NCBI GenBank assembly: GCA_964643045.1
Contig: CAZXSC010000001.1
Coordinates: forward strand, 2,296-66,295
Direction of reading: 5' to 3'
Origin: an uncultured Rhodospirillaceae bacterium
GTDB lineage: Bacteria; Pseudomonadota; Alphaproteobacteria; Rhodospirillales; UBA2165
DNA length: 64,000 nt
Part shown: piece by piece, positions 1 through 10,251 of the stretch
Position numbering within the stretch: the first letter of the stretch is position 1
Layout: every line of letters begins with the position of its first letter
Notes under the pieces: generated by a model
Databases searched by the model: none
Told to the model about the DNA's origin: nothing
Seen by the model: only the letters and a program-made list of their open reading frames with translations
Translations under genes and position numbers: made by a program

Positions 1-677
1 TTTTCTGGATCAGCATAAGCAGTTTCTTGGCTCTCTGTTAACATTCTTAATCGATTTCTTCGAACCTGTATTAAGCTTTTCGAATCCTTAACCAAACCCA
101 CTATTAATGGGTTTTGTAAATCAAAAATACCTTCTGGCATTTGGTGGTTTAATATAATCGGTATGTTTCCGGCCTTAATTCCACGATTAGCGAGGTAAAT
201 ACACGTAGGTGTTTTTGAGGTTCGTGAGACACCTAAAACTACAACGTCTGCTTCTTCTAAATCTTCCGTTACCTGACCATCATCATGCGTCATAGCATAA
301 TCCATAGCCGCTATTCTTTCGTAATATCCTTCGTCCAGCGTATGCTGGCGTCCAGGCTGTGCATCACCTTTTTCGTGTAAATAATTAGCAAACGAAGACA
401 TTATTGGTTGTAAAACAGAAACACACGGAACATTTATTCTCCTACACGCCGCTTGAAGTTGGGCAATAATTTCTGAATTAACTAGTGTATACAATACAAA
501 ACCCGGACGACTTTCAATTTCAGTAATTACATGTTCAATTTGTCTTTGTGAACGAACGAGGTTCCAAACATGTTCAACCGGTTGCGTGTGTTCAAATTGA
601 ACTAAACAAGCGCGAGCTACTGATTCAACCGTTTCACCAGTAGCATCGGAAACTAAATAAAGGTGAAAATCGGACAT
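1..677 (-). CDS. pyruvate,phosphate dikinase / PEP synthase regulatory protein family (DUF299; RP001 homologue); 3' end runs off the window
   Basis: My own minus-strand translation from the ATG at 675-677 gives MSDFHLYLVSDATGETVESVARACLVQFE...DVVVLGVSRTSKTPTCIYLANRGIKAGNIP. The GVSRTSKTP P-loop-like motif is typical of the family. The ORF is absent from the track because no stop lies inside the window. Confidence 0.8.
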   Translation of the reverse strand, partial: MSDFHLYLVSDATGETVESVARACLVQFEHTQPVEHVWNLVRSQRQIEHVITEIESRPGFVLYTLVNSEIIAQLQAACRRINVPCVSVLQPIMSSFANYLHEKGDAQPGRQHTLDEGYYERIAAMDYAMTHDDGQVTEDLEEADVVVLGVSRTSKTPTCIYLANRGIKAGNIPIILNHQMPEGIFDLQNPLIVGLVKDSKSLIQVRRNRLRMLTESQETAYADPE

Positions 678-1172
678 AACATCAAGCTTTTTTAACTACA
701 AACATGAAATTTATCCACTTAAGTGGGGATAAAAACAACTAATAACCGATGCGCGGTTAGAGGATAAGTTTCAAATTATCAAATTCAGAAATACTTATCC
801 AAGGTAAACTGTTTTTTATCAAACCACTAATGAAAATGTATAAAACGAAATTAATTAAGTTATAAGAATGTATAATAACAACAAACAAACGTTATTCACG
901 TCATTAATATTATAAAAGGTCCTTTTATATTCATAAAAATCATTTATAAACCCCAAAAAACAAACAAACCGCAATATCTTATCAACAAGAAATTCAGAAT
1001 AAGAAAAAGCCGTGACTTAAAATTTACTAAATTTAAAATCTGGATAAATTTTGTATTAAAAATAATCCTCACTTTCAAAGCCCCAACAACAACAACAACC
1101 TATTATTTATTATTTAATAATTGATATGATAATCCCAATCTTTAACAGAAAACTTTAAGAGCACAGGCCTTA
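678..1172. other. putative chromosomal replication origin (oriC) in the DUF299/RP001-hemE intergenic gap
   Basis: A 495-bp non-coding, very AT-rich gap lies between divergent genes. DnaA-box-like 9-mers (consensus TTATCCACA): 711-719 TTATCCACT; 724-732 rc TTATCCCCA; 769-777 rc TTATCCTCT; 795-803 TTATCCAAG; 979-987 TTATCAACA; 1039-1047 rc TTATCCAGA. The synteny matches the hemE-ori-RP001 arrangement known in alphaproteobacteria. Confidence 0.6.
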
Positions 1173-2234
1173 ATGAATTCATCAACGGCAAGAGAGAAAA
1201 AAATTGTTCGTGTACTACAAGGAAAAAGACATAGCCCCCCGCCAATTTGGCTAATGCGACAAGCTGGTAGGCACTTACCGGAATATAAAAAACTTCGAAC
1301 GAAAGCCAAAAGCTTTCTGGATTTTTGTTACTCCCCTACCTTGTGTTTAGAAGCAACCCTTCAACCACTAACACGATATCAATTCGACGCCGCAATTTTA
1401 TTTTCTGATATCTTGGTTATTCCAGACGCATTAGGTCAGAAAATAAAATTCATCCCCGGAAAAGGTCCCAAACTTGACGCTTTAGAATCAGCCGAACAAT
1501 TTAAATCATTAAGCGCCGACAAAGTCTCCGATCACTTATTTCCTATTTATGAGGCTGTAAAAGAAGTTAAAAAAGAACTCAAAAAACTCGCCTATAATCC
1601 AGCCCTTATAGGGTTTGCAGGCTCTCCATGGACTATTGCAACCTATATGATTGAAGGTGGTGGTAGTAAAGATTTTTATAAAGTAAAAAAATGGGCTTAC
1701 CAAGACCCCAATAATTTCCAGAAATTAATCGACGTACTAATAGAAGCTACAAGCCAGCATTTATTCAACCAAATACAAAATGGGGTTGAGATCATACAAC
1801 TATTCGATAGTTGGGCTGGAGTTTTACCACCTATGCAATTTGACAAATGGGTAATAGAGCCTACAAAAACAATTATCGATAATATTAAATCCATTTATCC
1901 CCAGATACCAATTATTGGTTTTCCCCGTGGTGCTGGGCTTTTATATAAACGTTTTATCGATCAAACAGGTGTTGATGCAATCTCTATAGACTCAACAATT
2001 CAGCTATCTTGGGCAGTAGAGAACCTCCAAAAGAAATGCGTTATTCAAGGAAATCTCGATAATTTATCGTTATTAGTCGGCGGAACCATGATGGAGGCAG
2101 AGATCGCAAATATTTTAGCAGCTTTTTCGAACGGTGCTTTTATCTTCAATTTAGGCCATGGTATATTGCCGGAAACACCAATTTCTAATGTCAAACGTCT
2201 AATTGAACTTGTGCGTGGTTTTCCAAATGACTAA
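1173..2234 (+). CDS. hemE: uroporphyrinogen decarboxylase
   Basis: 353-aa ORF. The N-terminal PPIWLMRQAGRHLPEY motif and the overall length are typical of HemE. Confidence 0.92.
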   Translation: MNSSTAREKKIVRVLQGKRHSPPPIWLMRQAGRHLPEYKKLRTKAKSFLDFCYSPTLCLEATLQPLTRYQFDAAILFSDILVIPDALGQKIKFIPGKGPKLDALESAEQFKSLSADKVSDHLFPIYEAVKEVKKELKKLAYNPALIGFAGSPWTIATYMIEGGGSKDFYKVKKWAYQDPNNFQKLIDVLIEATSQHLFNQIQNGVEIIQLFDSWAGVLPPMQFDKWVIEPTKTIIDNIKSIYPQIPIIGFPRGAGLLYKRFIDQTGVDAISIDSTIQLSWAVENLQKKCVIQGNLDNLSLLVGGTMMEAEIANILAAFSNGAFIFNLGHGILPETPISNVKRLIELVRGFPND

Positions 2235-3270
2235 GAAGGCTGTAGTTCTTTTTAACCTTGGGGGCCCGGATCAACCAAATGCTATTCAACCATTTTTATT
2301 TAATTTATTTAATGATGCCGCTATCATAGATTTTCCAAGACCATTACGTTGGCTACTGGCAAAAAGTATATCAAAAAAACGAGCACCAATAGCTGAGAAA
2401 ATTTATCGTGAGATAGGTGGCCGGTCTCCATTACTTGAATTAACTAATAAACAGGCTGACGCTCTGAGGGTTCGTTTAAACAAAGACGAAAATATAAATT
2501 TTAAAGTGTTTGTATCAATGCGATATTGGCATCCGATGAGTTTATCCGTAGCACGAAGGGTAAAAGAATTTGATCCTGATGAAATAGTATTATTACCACT
2601 ATATCCTCAATTCTCAACAACTACGACTCGTTCTTCAATTAAAGATTGGGAAGATACAGCTAAGAAAATTAAACTTAATAAAGAGTCTAAAATAATTTGT
2701 TGTTACCCCACAAATGAAAACCTTATAAAGGCTCAAGCCGATTTGCTTTGTAATGAAATAAGAAAAACAACACAAAAAACCCGAATTCTCTTTTCAGCGC
2801 ACGGACTGCCAAAAAAGATCATTCAAAAAGGGGATCCTTATCAGCAACAAATTGAGAAAACAGCAACTGCAATAGCCCGTGCTTCTAAAGTTGATTTCGC
2901 CGATTGGCGTGTTTGTTATCAGAGCCGTATTGGTCCGCTTGAGTGGATCGGGCCATCTCTTGATGATGAGATTGTAAAAGCAGCAGAAGATAAAGTAGGG
3001 ATTATCATATTACCAATTTCTTTTGTATCAGAGCACTCAGAAACCCTTGTGGAACTGGATATAGAATATAAAAAAATAGCTCACCGATACAATTTACCCC
3101 ACTATAGCCGAGTGCCAGCTTTAGGCACCCACCCAGACTTTATCTCCTGTCTTGCGCAATTAGTAAAATATGCCAGCGAAAACGAAATGTCTGTAATTTC
3201 CGGTTTGGGGGAAGATATTTGTCCGCCATCCAGACGTTGCTGCATACAAAAAGAGCCACCGGGTAAATGA
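2227..3270 (+). CDS. hemH: ferrochelatase
   Basis: The ORF track opens at 2203. I prefer the ATG at 2227 (MTKKAVVLFNLGGPD...), which overlaps the hemE stop by 8 nt. The LLPLYPQFS and SAHGLP motifs are typical of ferrochelatase. Confidence 0.9.
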   Translation: MTKKAVVLFNLGGPDQPNAIQPFLFNLFNDAAIIDFPRPLRWLLAKSISKKRAPIAEKIYREIGGRSPLLELTNKQADALRVRLNKDENINFKVFVSMRYWHPMSLSVARRVKEFDPDEIVLLPLYPQFSTTTTRSSIKDWEDTAKKIKLNKESKIICCYPTNENLIKAQADLLCNEIRKTTQKTRILFSAHGLPKKIIQKGDPYQQQIEKTATAIARASKVDFADWRVCYQSRIGPLEWIGPSLDDEIVKAAEDKVGIIILPISFVSEHSETLVELDIEYKKIAHRYNLPHYSRVPALGTHPDFISCLAQLVKYASENEMSVISGLGEDICPPSRRCCIQKEPPGK

Positions 3271-3716
3271 TTGAATTATCGAGCGGTGCATATTTGTGGA
3301 TTAAGGCCCTGCACATCATAAGTGCGGTAGCATGGATGGCGGGCCTCCTATATTTACCCCGATTGTTTGTTTATCATTGTGAAGCGGAAATACGATCGGA
3401 GTTTTCTGAAAAGCTAAAAATCATGGAACGCCGCTTAATGAAATTGATAATGCGCCCAGCAAGATTGGCAACAGTGGTTTTCGGTGTGCTGCTGATCTTA
3501 GATTTCGAACATGAAGAATGGCTTGAAACGTGGGTGCATTTGAAGCTGGGTTTTGTTGGAATTCTGTTTGTTATGCATGATATGTTAGAGAAATGGAGGA
3601 AACAATTTGAGTTTGATTTAAACAAAAACTCTCAAAAATTTTTTCGCATAGTCAATGAGGTTCCTACGGCGCTGCTTATACTTATAATTATAGCAGTAGT
3701 GATCAAGCCATTTTGA
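3267..3716 (+). CDS. hemJ: protoporphyrinogen IX oxidase HemJ family (UPF0093 membrane protein)
   Basis: 149 aa with 4 predicted hydrophobic helices and the N-terminal WIKALHIISAVAWMAGLLYLPRLFVYH signature. There is a 4-nt ATGA overlap with hemH. Confidence 0.8.
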   Translation: MIELSSGAYLWIKALHIISAVAWMAGLLYLPRLFVYHCEAEIRSEFSEKLKIMERRLMKLIMRPARLATVVFGVLLILDFEHEEWLETWVHLKLGFVGILFVMHDMLEKWRKQFEFDLNKNSQKFFRIVNEVPTALLILIIIAVVIKPF

Positions 3717-3956
3717 TAAATAACCTTTCTTAAATCAGCAATTGACTTGATCTTGTCTATTCTGTTAGAACATTGAACTGTTGTGGCCAGTTTATAAAAA
3801 CTAATAATTTATTGTTTGGGTTTTGGGATAACATCTGGCGTTAAACCGAACCTTGTTTTTGACACACATTCCCCTGTGTTTTCTCAAAGTAAGTTTCTTT
3901 TATAACCGACAAATTCCTCCTGTTGTATAATTTCTGCTCAATCAAACCGTATAAAA

Positions 3957-5213
3957 ATGAACCTTCAAGAACTTAAAGAAAAATCGCCGACAGACCTTTT
4001 GCAATTTGCAGAAGAGCTTGAAATTGAAAATGCAAGCACATTGCGAAAGCAAGACATGTTATTTGCCATACTTAAACAGATGGCGGAAAATGATACTGCT
4101 ATTTTCGGCACCGGAGTGCTCGAGGTTTTGCAAGATGGCTTTGGGTTTTTGCGGTCTCCAGAATCGAATTATTTACCCGGCCCCGATGATATTTATGTTT
4201 CGCCCAGTCAGGTTCGGCGGTTTGGGCTTAGGACCGGAGATACGGTTGAGGGGCAAATCCGTGCGCCGAAGGATGGGGAGAGGTATTTCGCATTATTAAA
4301 AGTTACGAATATTAACTTTAGTGATCCTGGAGATGTTCGACACCGGATTAACTTCGATAACCTGACACCGCTTTATCCCGATGAACGTCTAAATATGGAA
4401 ATTGATGATCCCACCATAAAGGATCCAACATCGCGCATTTTAGATTTAATTACGCCAGTAGGAAAAGGGCAGCGCGCTTTGATAGTAGCCCCCCCCCGAA
4501 CCGGTAAAACAGTAATGCTCCAAAATATAGCAACGTCAATCGCGGCTAATCATTCCGAATGTTATCTGATAGTATTGTTGATTGATGAGCGGCCAGAAGA
4601 AGTTACCGATATGGCACGATCTGTTAAAGGTGAGGTGGTTAGCTCAACCTTTGATGAACCCGCCTCGCGCCATGTTCAGGTTGCTGAGATGGTGATAGAA
4701 AAAGCAAAGCGGCTTGTAGAACACAAAAGGGATGTTGTCATTTTGCTTGATTCAATAACACGATTGGCACGCGCTTATAATACCGTAGTTCCTTCTTCAG
4801 GAAAGGTTTTAACAGGAGGCGTTGATGCCAACGCGCTGCAACGGCCCAAGCGATTTTTTGGGGCGGCCCGCAATGTTGAAGAAGGGGGGTCCCTGACTAT
4901 TATAGCAACAGCTCTAATCGACACAGGATCACGAATGGATGAAGTTATCTTTGAAGAGTTTAAGGGAACAGGCAATTCGGAGATTATTCTCGATCGAAAG
5001 TTGACCGATAAACGCACCTGGCCTTCCATGGATATTACAAAATCTGGAACGCGGAAGGAAGAGCTGTTGGTTGACAAAGGAACGTTGTCAAAAATGTGGG
5101 TACTGCGTCGAATATTGAATCCAATGGGCGTTATCGATTCAATGGAATTCTTAATAGAGAAATTAAAAGATTCGAAAACCAATGATGATTTTTTTGATTC
5201 GATGAATACCTGA
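3957..5213 (+). CDS. rho: transcription termination factor Rho
   Basis: 418 aa. It has the N-terminal LNLQELKEK..., the RNA-binding GFGFLR motif, a Walker A APPRTGKT, and [11 protein letters not shown]. Confidence 0.97.
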   Translation: MNLQELKEKSPTDLLQFAEELEIENASTLRKQDMLFAILKQMAENDTAIFGTGVLEVLQDGFGFLRSPESNYLPGPDDIYVSPSQVRRFGLRTGDTVEGQIRAPKDGERYFALLKVTNINFSDPGDVRHRINFDNLTPLYPDERLNMEIDDPTIKDPTSRILDLITPVGKGQRALIVAPPRTGKTVMLQNIATSIAANHSECYLIVLLIDERPEEVTDMARSVKGEVVSSTFDEPASRHVQVAEMVIEKAKRLVEHKRDVVILLDSITRLARAYNTVVPSSGKVLTGGVDANALQRPKRFFGAARNVEEGGSLTIIATALIDTGSRMDEVIFEEFKGTGNSEIILDRKLTDKRTWPSMDITKSGTRKEELLVDKGTLSKMWVLRRILNPMGVIDSMEFLIEKLKDSKTNDDFFDSMNT

Positions 5214-5274
5214 TTTACTTTTTATACTATGAAGTTGTTTTTCCTAATTACCCCTATCGTTATTTACTCACGCA

Positions 5275-6249
5275 TTATGGCAAGATAACAGTTGATCCTG
5301 TTGTCTGCCTTGATTCCAAGGCGATGTGCGCGGCTTTTGTATCGGAAAGGGGGAAGGTCTGTCCTATTTTAATACTGACCTTTCCAGAAGCCACAACGTC
5401 AAATAAATCAGTTGCCGCGATCTTTCGATTTTCAAGGTTCGAAGTATAATTAAAAAGCGTCGGCCGACTTAGGGCAAGAGATCCCCGGCGCATAAGTTCA
5501 AGAGGCTCAATGGCGGGCACGGAACCAGAGGCGTTGCCATAATTTACTAGGGTTCCGAAATGGGACAAACAATCCATTGATTTTTCAAAGGTTTGTTTGC
5601 CTATAGCGTCATAGACAACAGGAACGCCTTCGCCTTGGGTTAACTCCGATACACGTTTGGCAAAATCTTCTTTGGTATAATTAATGGGGTGATGACATCC
5701 AACATCACTTGCTTTTTTTGCCTTTTCGTCACTTCCGACTGTTCCAATAACCGTCGCACCTAATGCATTTGCCCATTGACACATAATGGATCCAACCCCC
5801 CCAGCTGCGGCATGGACGAGTATGATATCGCCCTCCTTTACCTTGTAGCACTTGAACATCAACATATGTACAGTCATTCCTTTGAGCATCATGGCGGCCG
5901 CATCTTGATCTTTAATATTGTCCGGAAGAGGAATTAGGACTCTGGCGTCAATGTTCCTTATTTCGCTGTAAGATCCAGTTTGCCCACCGCAGTAGGCAAC
6001 ACGCTGTCCAATATCAATCCCCACGACCTCTGAACCAATGGCTTCAACAATACCGACCCCTTCGGAGCCGAGAGTAAGCGGCAATTCAACAGGATAAAGA
6101 CCGGAACGGTGATAACAATCAATAAAATTTAAACCAATGGCTGTGTGCTTTAAACGCACCTGTCTTTTTGTCAGATCACCTAGTTGAACGTCTTCCCATT
6201 TAAGCACTTCTGGTCCACCTGTTTTATGAACGCGTATGGCTTTAGTCAT
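5275..6249 (-). CDS. qor: NADPH:quinone oxidoreductase (zeta-crystallin / MDR family)
   Basis: 324 aa. It has the AIGLNFID and HAAAGGVG nucleotide-binding motifs and an MDR-family layout. Confidence 0.8.
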   Translation of the reverse strand: MTKAIRVHKTGGPEVLKWEDVQLGDLTKRQVRLKHTAIGLNFIDCYHRSGLYPVELPLTLGSEGVGIVEAIGSEVVGIDIGQRVAYCGGQTGSYSEIRNIDARVLIPLPDNIKDQDAAAMMLKGMTVHMLMFKCYKVKEGDIILVHAAAGGVGSIMCQWANALGATVIGTVGSDEKAKKASDVGCHHPINYTKEDFAKRVSELTQGEGVPVVYDAIGKQTFEKSMDCLSHFGTLVNYGNASGSVPAIEPLELMRRGSLALSRPTLFNYTSNLENRKIAATDLFDVVASGKVSIKIGQTFPLSDTKAAHIALESRQTTGSTVILP

Positions 6250-6273
6250 GTTCTTTCCTCAAAAATATTGGCT

Positions 6274-6744
6274 TTATTCTTTTATCCTATTTTTTACTGG
6301 AGATTCAAGCATGAGCAAGGCCTGTTTTGTTTGAATGCCGGAGCCGCCTGAAAAGCCTCCTAATCCTTTGTTTGCTTCTACTACTCGGTGACATGGGATA
6401 AAAATTGGAATTGGGTTTTTTCCGCAAGCACCACCAATTGCTCGCGGGCTACTTTCCAATCTTTTTGCGAGAAACCCGTAGGTTTCTGTTTCCCCATAAG
6501 GAATGTTGATTAATTTGTGCCACACTGATTGTTGAAAATGAGTGCCGTGGGGATTTAAGGGTATATCAAAGAAATTTCTTTTTCTGTTAAGATACTCGAT
6601 GAGCTGTTTTTGGGCATCTTTAAGTAGTGAAGTTGCGGTATTATTTTCCGCTTTGCCCCATTCAAGGGCAGCTATTTTTCCAGCGTCATCAAATATGGTA
6701 AGCCAGCCAAGGCGAGTTAAAAATGAAATGTGATTAACTGTCAT
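6274..6744 (-). CDS. ogt: methylated-DNA--protein-cysteine methyltransferase
   Basis: 156 aa with the active-site motif IPCHRVV and a downstream GGxxGG region. Confidence 0.88.
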   Translation of the reverse strand: MTVNHISFLTRLGWLTIFDDAGKIAALEWGKAENNTATSLLKDAQKQLIEYLNRKRNFFDIPLNPHGTHFQQSVWHKLINIPYGETETYGFLAKRLESSPRAIGGACGKNPIPIFIPCHRVVEANKGLGGFSGGSGIQTKQALLMLESPVKNRIKE

Positions 6745-6763
6745 TTAATGCCATAAATGTACA

Positions 6764-8686
6764 CTAGTAACACAGCGCTTTAAACAGTTCAACGGGATCG
6801 GTATGAGGCAAACCACAGGACTGCCCCCTGCAAACATATGCCGTTGGCTGGTTGTTAACTTGAGATTTGTCAAACCCTGGGTGAGATGCCGGCAGTGCAG
6901 TTTCGGGCAACAACCTCAACAAGATGAGATTTGGGTTTCCAGCCGAAAGCGCTGATCTAACAAGCGCGTGCCCCCGATTCTTTTCAGCAATGACAATTAC
7001 TTGAATTCCCGCATCTAGAATTTCAAAACCGGCGATGATACTGGGCATATTTGCATCTTGGCCCGGTGTTTTTGATAAAAAGGCATTTATTAAAAGATAG
7101 GCCTTCTCACGATAAGCCGGGTTTCCAGTGAGATAGTAAAGCCGGGCAAGATTTTCAGACATAACACCGTTTCCTGATGGAGTAGCATTATCAAATACTG
7201 TTCTTGACGGAGCAATTAAGTCCGTCGCGTCGTTTGGTGAATCAAAATATCCCGCTCCGCCGGAATCCCAAAAATATTCATCTGCGGTTTTGGCCCAAGC
7301 CACAGCTTGTGCAAGGTATTTTTGTTCTCCTACCGCGAGAAACAAAAAAAGCGCACCTTTTATCATGCCAGCATAATCGTCCAATACATCCGCATTTTTT
7401 ACTGAACCTGAGCAATAAGCGTGTTTTAAGCGAGGCCCGTCAACCATGTTGTTTTGAATAAAACCAAAAGCCCTTTTTGCCGCGTTAATCCACTCACTCT
7501 TCTCAAACACGGTACCGGCATAGCAAAGTGCCGCGATCATTAAACCGTTCCAGTCAGCAAGAATTTTGTTATCTAATCCGGGCCGCGGTCGATTATTGCG
7601 AGCTTTTAACAATATGTTTCGGCATGTCAGCAGTTCATCTTCTGTTTTTTTATCGGCTAAATGAATTGATTTTAGCCTGTTAAGGATTGTTTTTCCTCCC
7701 CAGTTGCCATCACTTGAGACATCGTAAACTTCATTAAAAAGACCCGCGTTATTTCCGAGTGCGTCGGCGACTTCAGATTCGTCCCAAACATAAAATGCCC
7801 CCTCTTGTGAGCTGCCATGCTTATCTTTGCTATCGGCGTCTAAGCTTCCAGCAAAACCCCCTTCCGCTGTTTGCAGCTCGGATATGGCCCAACAAATACT
7901 TTCTTGGATGCGAAGTTCAAAAAGCGGCGTGTGGGTTTTTTGCCAAACCAGTGTCATTAAAAAGATAAGTTGTGCATTGTCATAGAGCATTTTTTCAAAA
8001 TGGGGCACCAACCAAATAGTATCGGTAGAATAGCGAGCAAATCCTCCACCAAGATGATCATAAATGCCACCTTGGCACATGTGGGTAATTGACCTTGTTA
8101 CAGCATCAAAAAATTTTTTATTATTTGTTCGCAAAAATGCTCGCCATAAATATTCTTGGAATGCGGGCTGAGGAAATTTGGGAGCTCCCTTCGTGCCGCC
8201 ATTTTTGTAATCGATCATGAATAGCGCTTCTTCTGCAGCCGCGTTAATGCCCTGAAGAGTTTGGCTGGTCGCCGTTGGCATATTCGGCAGACGGGCTTGT
8301 TGTGAAAGGCCATCGAGAATCGCAATTCCGTTCGCTTCAACTTTATCTCGCTGTTTCTGATAAAGGTCCGATATTGCATTAAGGACGTCACAAAATCCGG
8401 GGTGCCCATATTTGGAGAATGGGGGGAAATAAGTGCCTCCCCAATAAGGTGTGCCTTCGGGTGTTAAAAACACGGTTAGTGGCCAACCACCCTGCTGACC
8501 CATCATTGCCAATGCGGACATATAAATGCTATCGACATCTGGTCGCTCTTCTCGATCAACTTTAATGTTGATATAAAGCCTGTTCATTAGTTCAGCAGTA
8601 TGTTCATCCTCAAAGCTTTCGTGAGCCATGACATGACACCAGTGGCATGCAGAATACCCGATCGACAAAAGCACGGGCCGGTCCAA
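6764..8686 (-). CDS. thioredoxin-domain protein of the YyaL/DUF255 (SSP411-like) family; conserved N-terminus extends upstream of the first canonical start
   Basis: The [13 protein letters not shown] motif is followed by a six-hairpin-glycosidase-like C-terminal region. The same frame stays open upstream to 8809 and encodes [29 protein letters not shown], a conserved family N-terminus, but it has no ATG/GTG/TTG. See findings. Confidence 0.8.
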   Translation of the reverse strand: MDRPVLLSIGYSACHWCHVMAHESFEDEHTAELMNRLYINIKVDREERPDVDSIYMSALAMMGQQGGWPLTVFLTPEGTPYWGGTYFPPFSKYGHPGFCDVLNAISDLYQKQRDKVEANGIAILDGLSQQARLPNMPTATSQTLQGINAAAEEALFMIDYKNGGTKGAPKFPQPAFQEYLWRAFLRTNNKKFFDAVTRSITHMCQGGIYDHLGGGFARYSTDTIWLVPHFEKMLYDNAQLIFLMTLVWQKTHTPLFELRIQESICWAISELQTAEGGFAGSLDADSKDKHGSSQEGAFYVWDESEVADALGNNAGLFNEVYDVSSDGNWGGKTILNRLKSIHLADKKTEDELLTCRNILLKARNNRPRPGLDNKILADWNGLMIAALCYAGTVFEKSEWINAAKRAFGFIQNNMVDGPRLKHAYCSGSVKNADVLDDYAGMIKGALFLFLAVGEQKYLAQAVAWAKTADEYFWDSGGAGYFDSPNDATDLIAPSRTVFDNATPSGNGVMSENLARLYYLTGNPAYREKAYLLINAFLSKTPGQDANMPSIIAGFEILDAGIQVIVIAEKNRGHALVRSALSAGNPNLILLRLLPETALPASHPGFDKSQVNNQPTAYVCRGQSCGLPHTDPVELFKALCY

Positions 8687-8922
8687 TTCTTTTGCAAGGG
8701 CAAAGGGCTTTTGGCCCCAAGGCTGCCAGTGAACAGGGTTATCTTTATGTTGCCTGAGGTACGGACTGGTTTCTTTGCTTAATATATTTCGGATTTGATT
8801 TCCCCCATTTTAAGCCCTCAAGTTATATTAGAATAATTTAAAACAATAGGAAAACCCATTGAAAATATGAGATAATACTAAAAAACGTGACAGTTTTCTT
8901 TCACCTGCTTATATCTACCACT

Positions 8923-10251
8923 ATGATTTTAGAGGGTGTTGATCAAACAATTTTTGCATTAGCGAGCGGGACTGGAAAATCCGGGGTGGCGGTTTTTCGT
9001 ATATCTGGATCGGCGTCAAGCGATGTGTTGAGGACGCTAACAAAGAAATCACCACCGGTGCCGAGGTGCGCAACATTAATGCGATTAGCCGATCCGTTTA
9101 GTGGCGATGTTTTGGATGATTGTTTGGTTATCTATTTTCCTGAACCGAAAAGTTTTACGGGAGAAGATGTCGTTGAGCTCCATGTTCATGGTGGTCAGGC
9201 AGTCATTTCCGCTATAGCTGAGACATTGAGCAGACAAAAAGGGGTCCGGTTAGCAGAGCCGGGAGAGTTTACTAGGCGCGCTTTTGAAAATGGTAAACTT
9301 GATCTTACTGCAGCGGAAGGTTTGGCTGATTTGATCAACGCCGAAACGTCGGCCCAGCGCCGTCAAGCGACACGGCAACTATGTGGAGAGCTGGGTGCCA
9401 TGTATGATAGATGGCGGCAACGCTTGTTGAGGGCTATCGCATTCCTTGAAGCTAAAATTGATTTTGCGGACGAAGATTTGCCAACCGGAATCGATGAAAA
9501 TGTAGCTACAGAAATTGTGCAAATTTATAAAGAAATCATCGTACACCTTGATGATGGGAACCAAGGCGAAATTTTGCGTCAAGGTGTCTATATTACAATA
9601 GTTGGTCCACCTAATGCGGGGAAGTCAACCCTGCTTAATCGTGCATCTAATCGTGATGTAGCAATTGTATCTGAACAGGCGGGAACGACACGAGATGTTA
9701 TAGAAGTGCATCTTGAGCTCGGTGGCTATCCCGTGATCATAGCCGATACGGCTGGTTTGCGGGAAGCGACGGATGCTGTTGAAAATGAGGGCGTTCGTCG
9801 CGCTGTGGAGCGCGCTAAGCAAGCGGACCTTAAATTAGTAGTTTTCGACGGAGAGTTATGGCCAGAAACTGATATTAAAACCCGTGATTTGATAGACAAT
9901 AATGCAGTGGTTGTCATTAACAAATCTGATTTGATGAAAACGCCTCAAAGTGAACACCTCGAGGTTTCGGCCTTATCTGGGGAAGGCTTAGATCGTTTGT
10001 TTGAAGTCTTAAAAAAGGAAGTATCCGCGCGGTGTTGCTTGTCAGCCTCGCCCGCTCTCACTCGGTTAAGACACCGAAGGACACTAGAGGATTGTGTGGA
10101 AAGCCTGCAACGCTTTAAGGCGGTCAAAGGGGCTGAGTTAAAGGCCGAAGATTTGAGGCAGGCAGCCCGGTCTCTAGGGAAAATTACGGGAAGAGTAGAT
10201 GTCGAAGAGGTGCTGGATGTTGTTTTTCGAGAATTTTGTATAGGTAAATAG
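8923..10251 (+). CDS. mnmE: tRNA modification GTPase MnmE
   Basis: The ATG at 8923 (MILEGVDQTIFALASG...) is preferred over the track start at 8887. G-domain motifs are GPPNAGKST and DTAGLR. The C-terminal CIGK motif is diagnostic for MnmE. Confidence 0.93.
   Translation: MILEGVDQTIFALASGTGKSGVAVFRISGSASSDVLRTLTKKSPPVPRCATLMRLADPFSGDVLDDCLVIYFPEPKSFTGEDVVELHVHGGQAVISAIAETLSRQKGVRLAEPGEFTRRAFENGKLDLTAAEGLADLINAETSAQRRQATRQLCGELGAMYDRWRQRLLRAIAFLEAKIDFADEDLPTGIDENVATEIVQIYKEIIVHLDDGNQGEILRQGVYITIVGPPNAGKSTLLNRASNRDVAIVSEQAGTTRDVIEVHLELGGYPVIIADTAGLREATDAVENEGVRRAVERAKQADLKLVVFDGELWPETDIKTRDLIDNNAVVVINKSDLMKTPQSEHLEVSALSGEGLDRLFEVLKKEVSARCCLSASPALTRLRHRRTLEDCVESLQRFKAVKGAELKAEDLRQAARSLGKITGRVDVEEVLDVVFREFCIGK

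Noticed and set aside
678-1172. CtrA-binding sites (TTAA-N7-TTAA) and CcrM GANTC sites in the putative origin.
   Set aside because: I found only near misses by eye, such as TTAAAATTTACTAAA at about 1017 and TTAATTAAGTTATAA at about 853. I found no exact TTAA-N7-TTAA and no GANTC. This does not support a Caulobacter-type CtrA-controlled origin.
4489-4497. Long homopolymers considered as slipped-strand phase-variation tracts: C9 in rho (4489-4497), G9 in the ThiE-like gene (22144-22152) and G8 in the HAD phosphatase gene (59406-59413).
   Set aside because: They simply encode Pro-Pro or Gly-Gly (APPR, TPPL, TGGD) inside intact reading frames, one of them in essential rho. They are in frame as sequenced and not at 5' ends. 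They are better treated as sequencing-error hot spots than as contingency loci.
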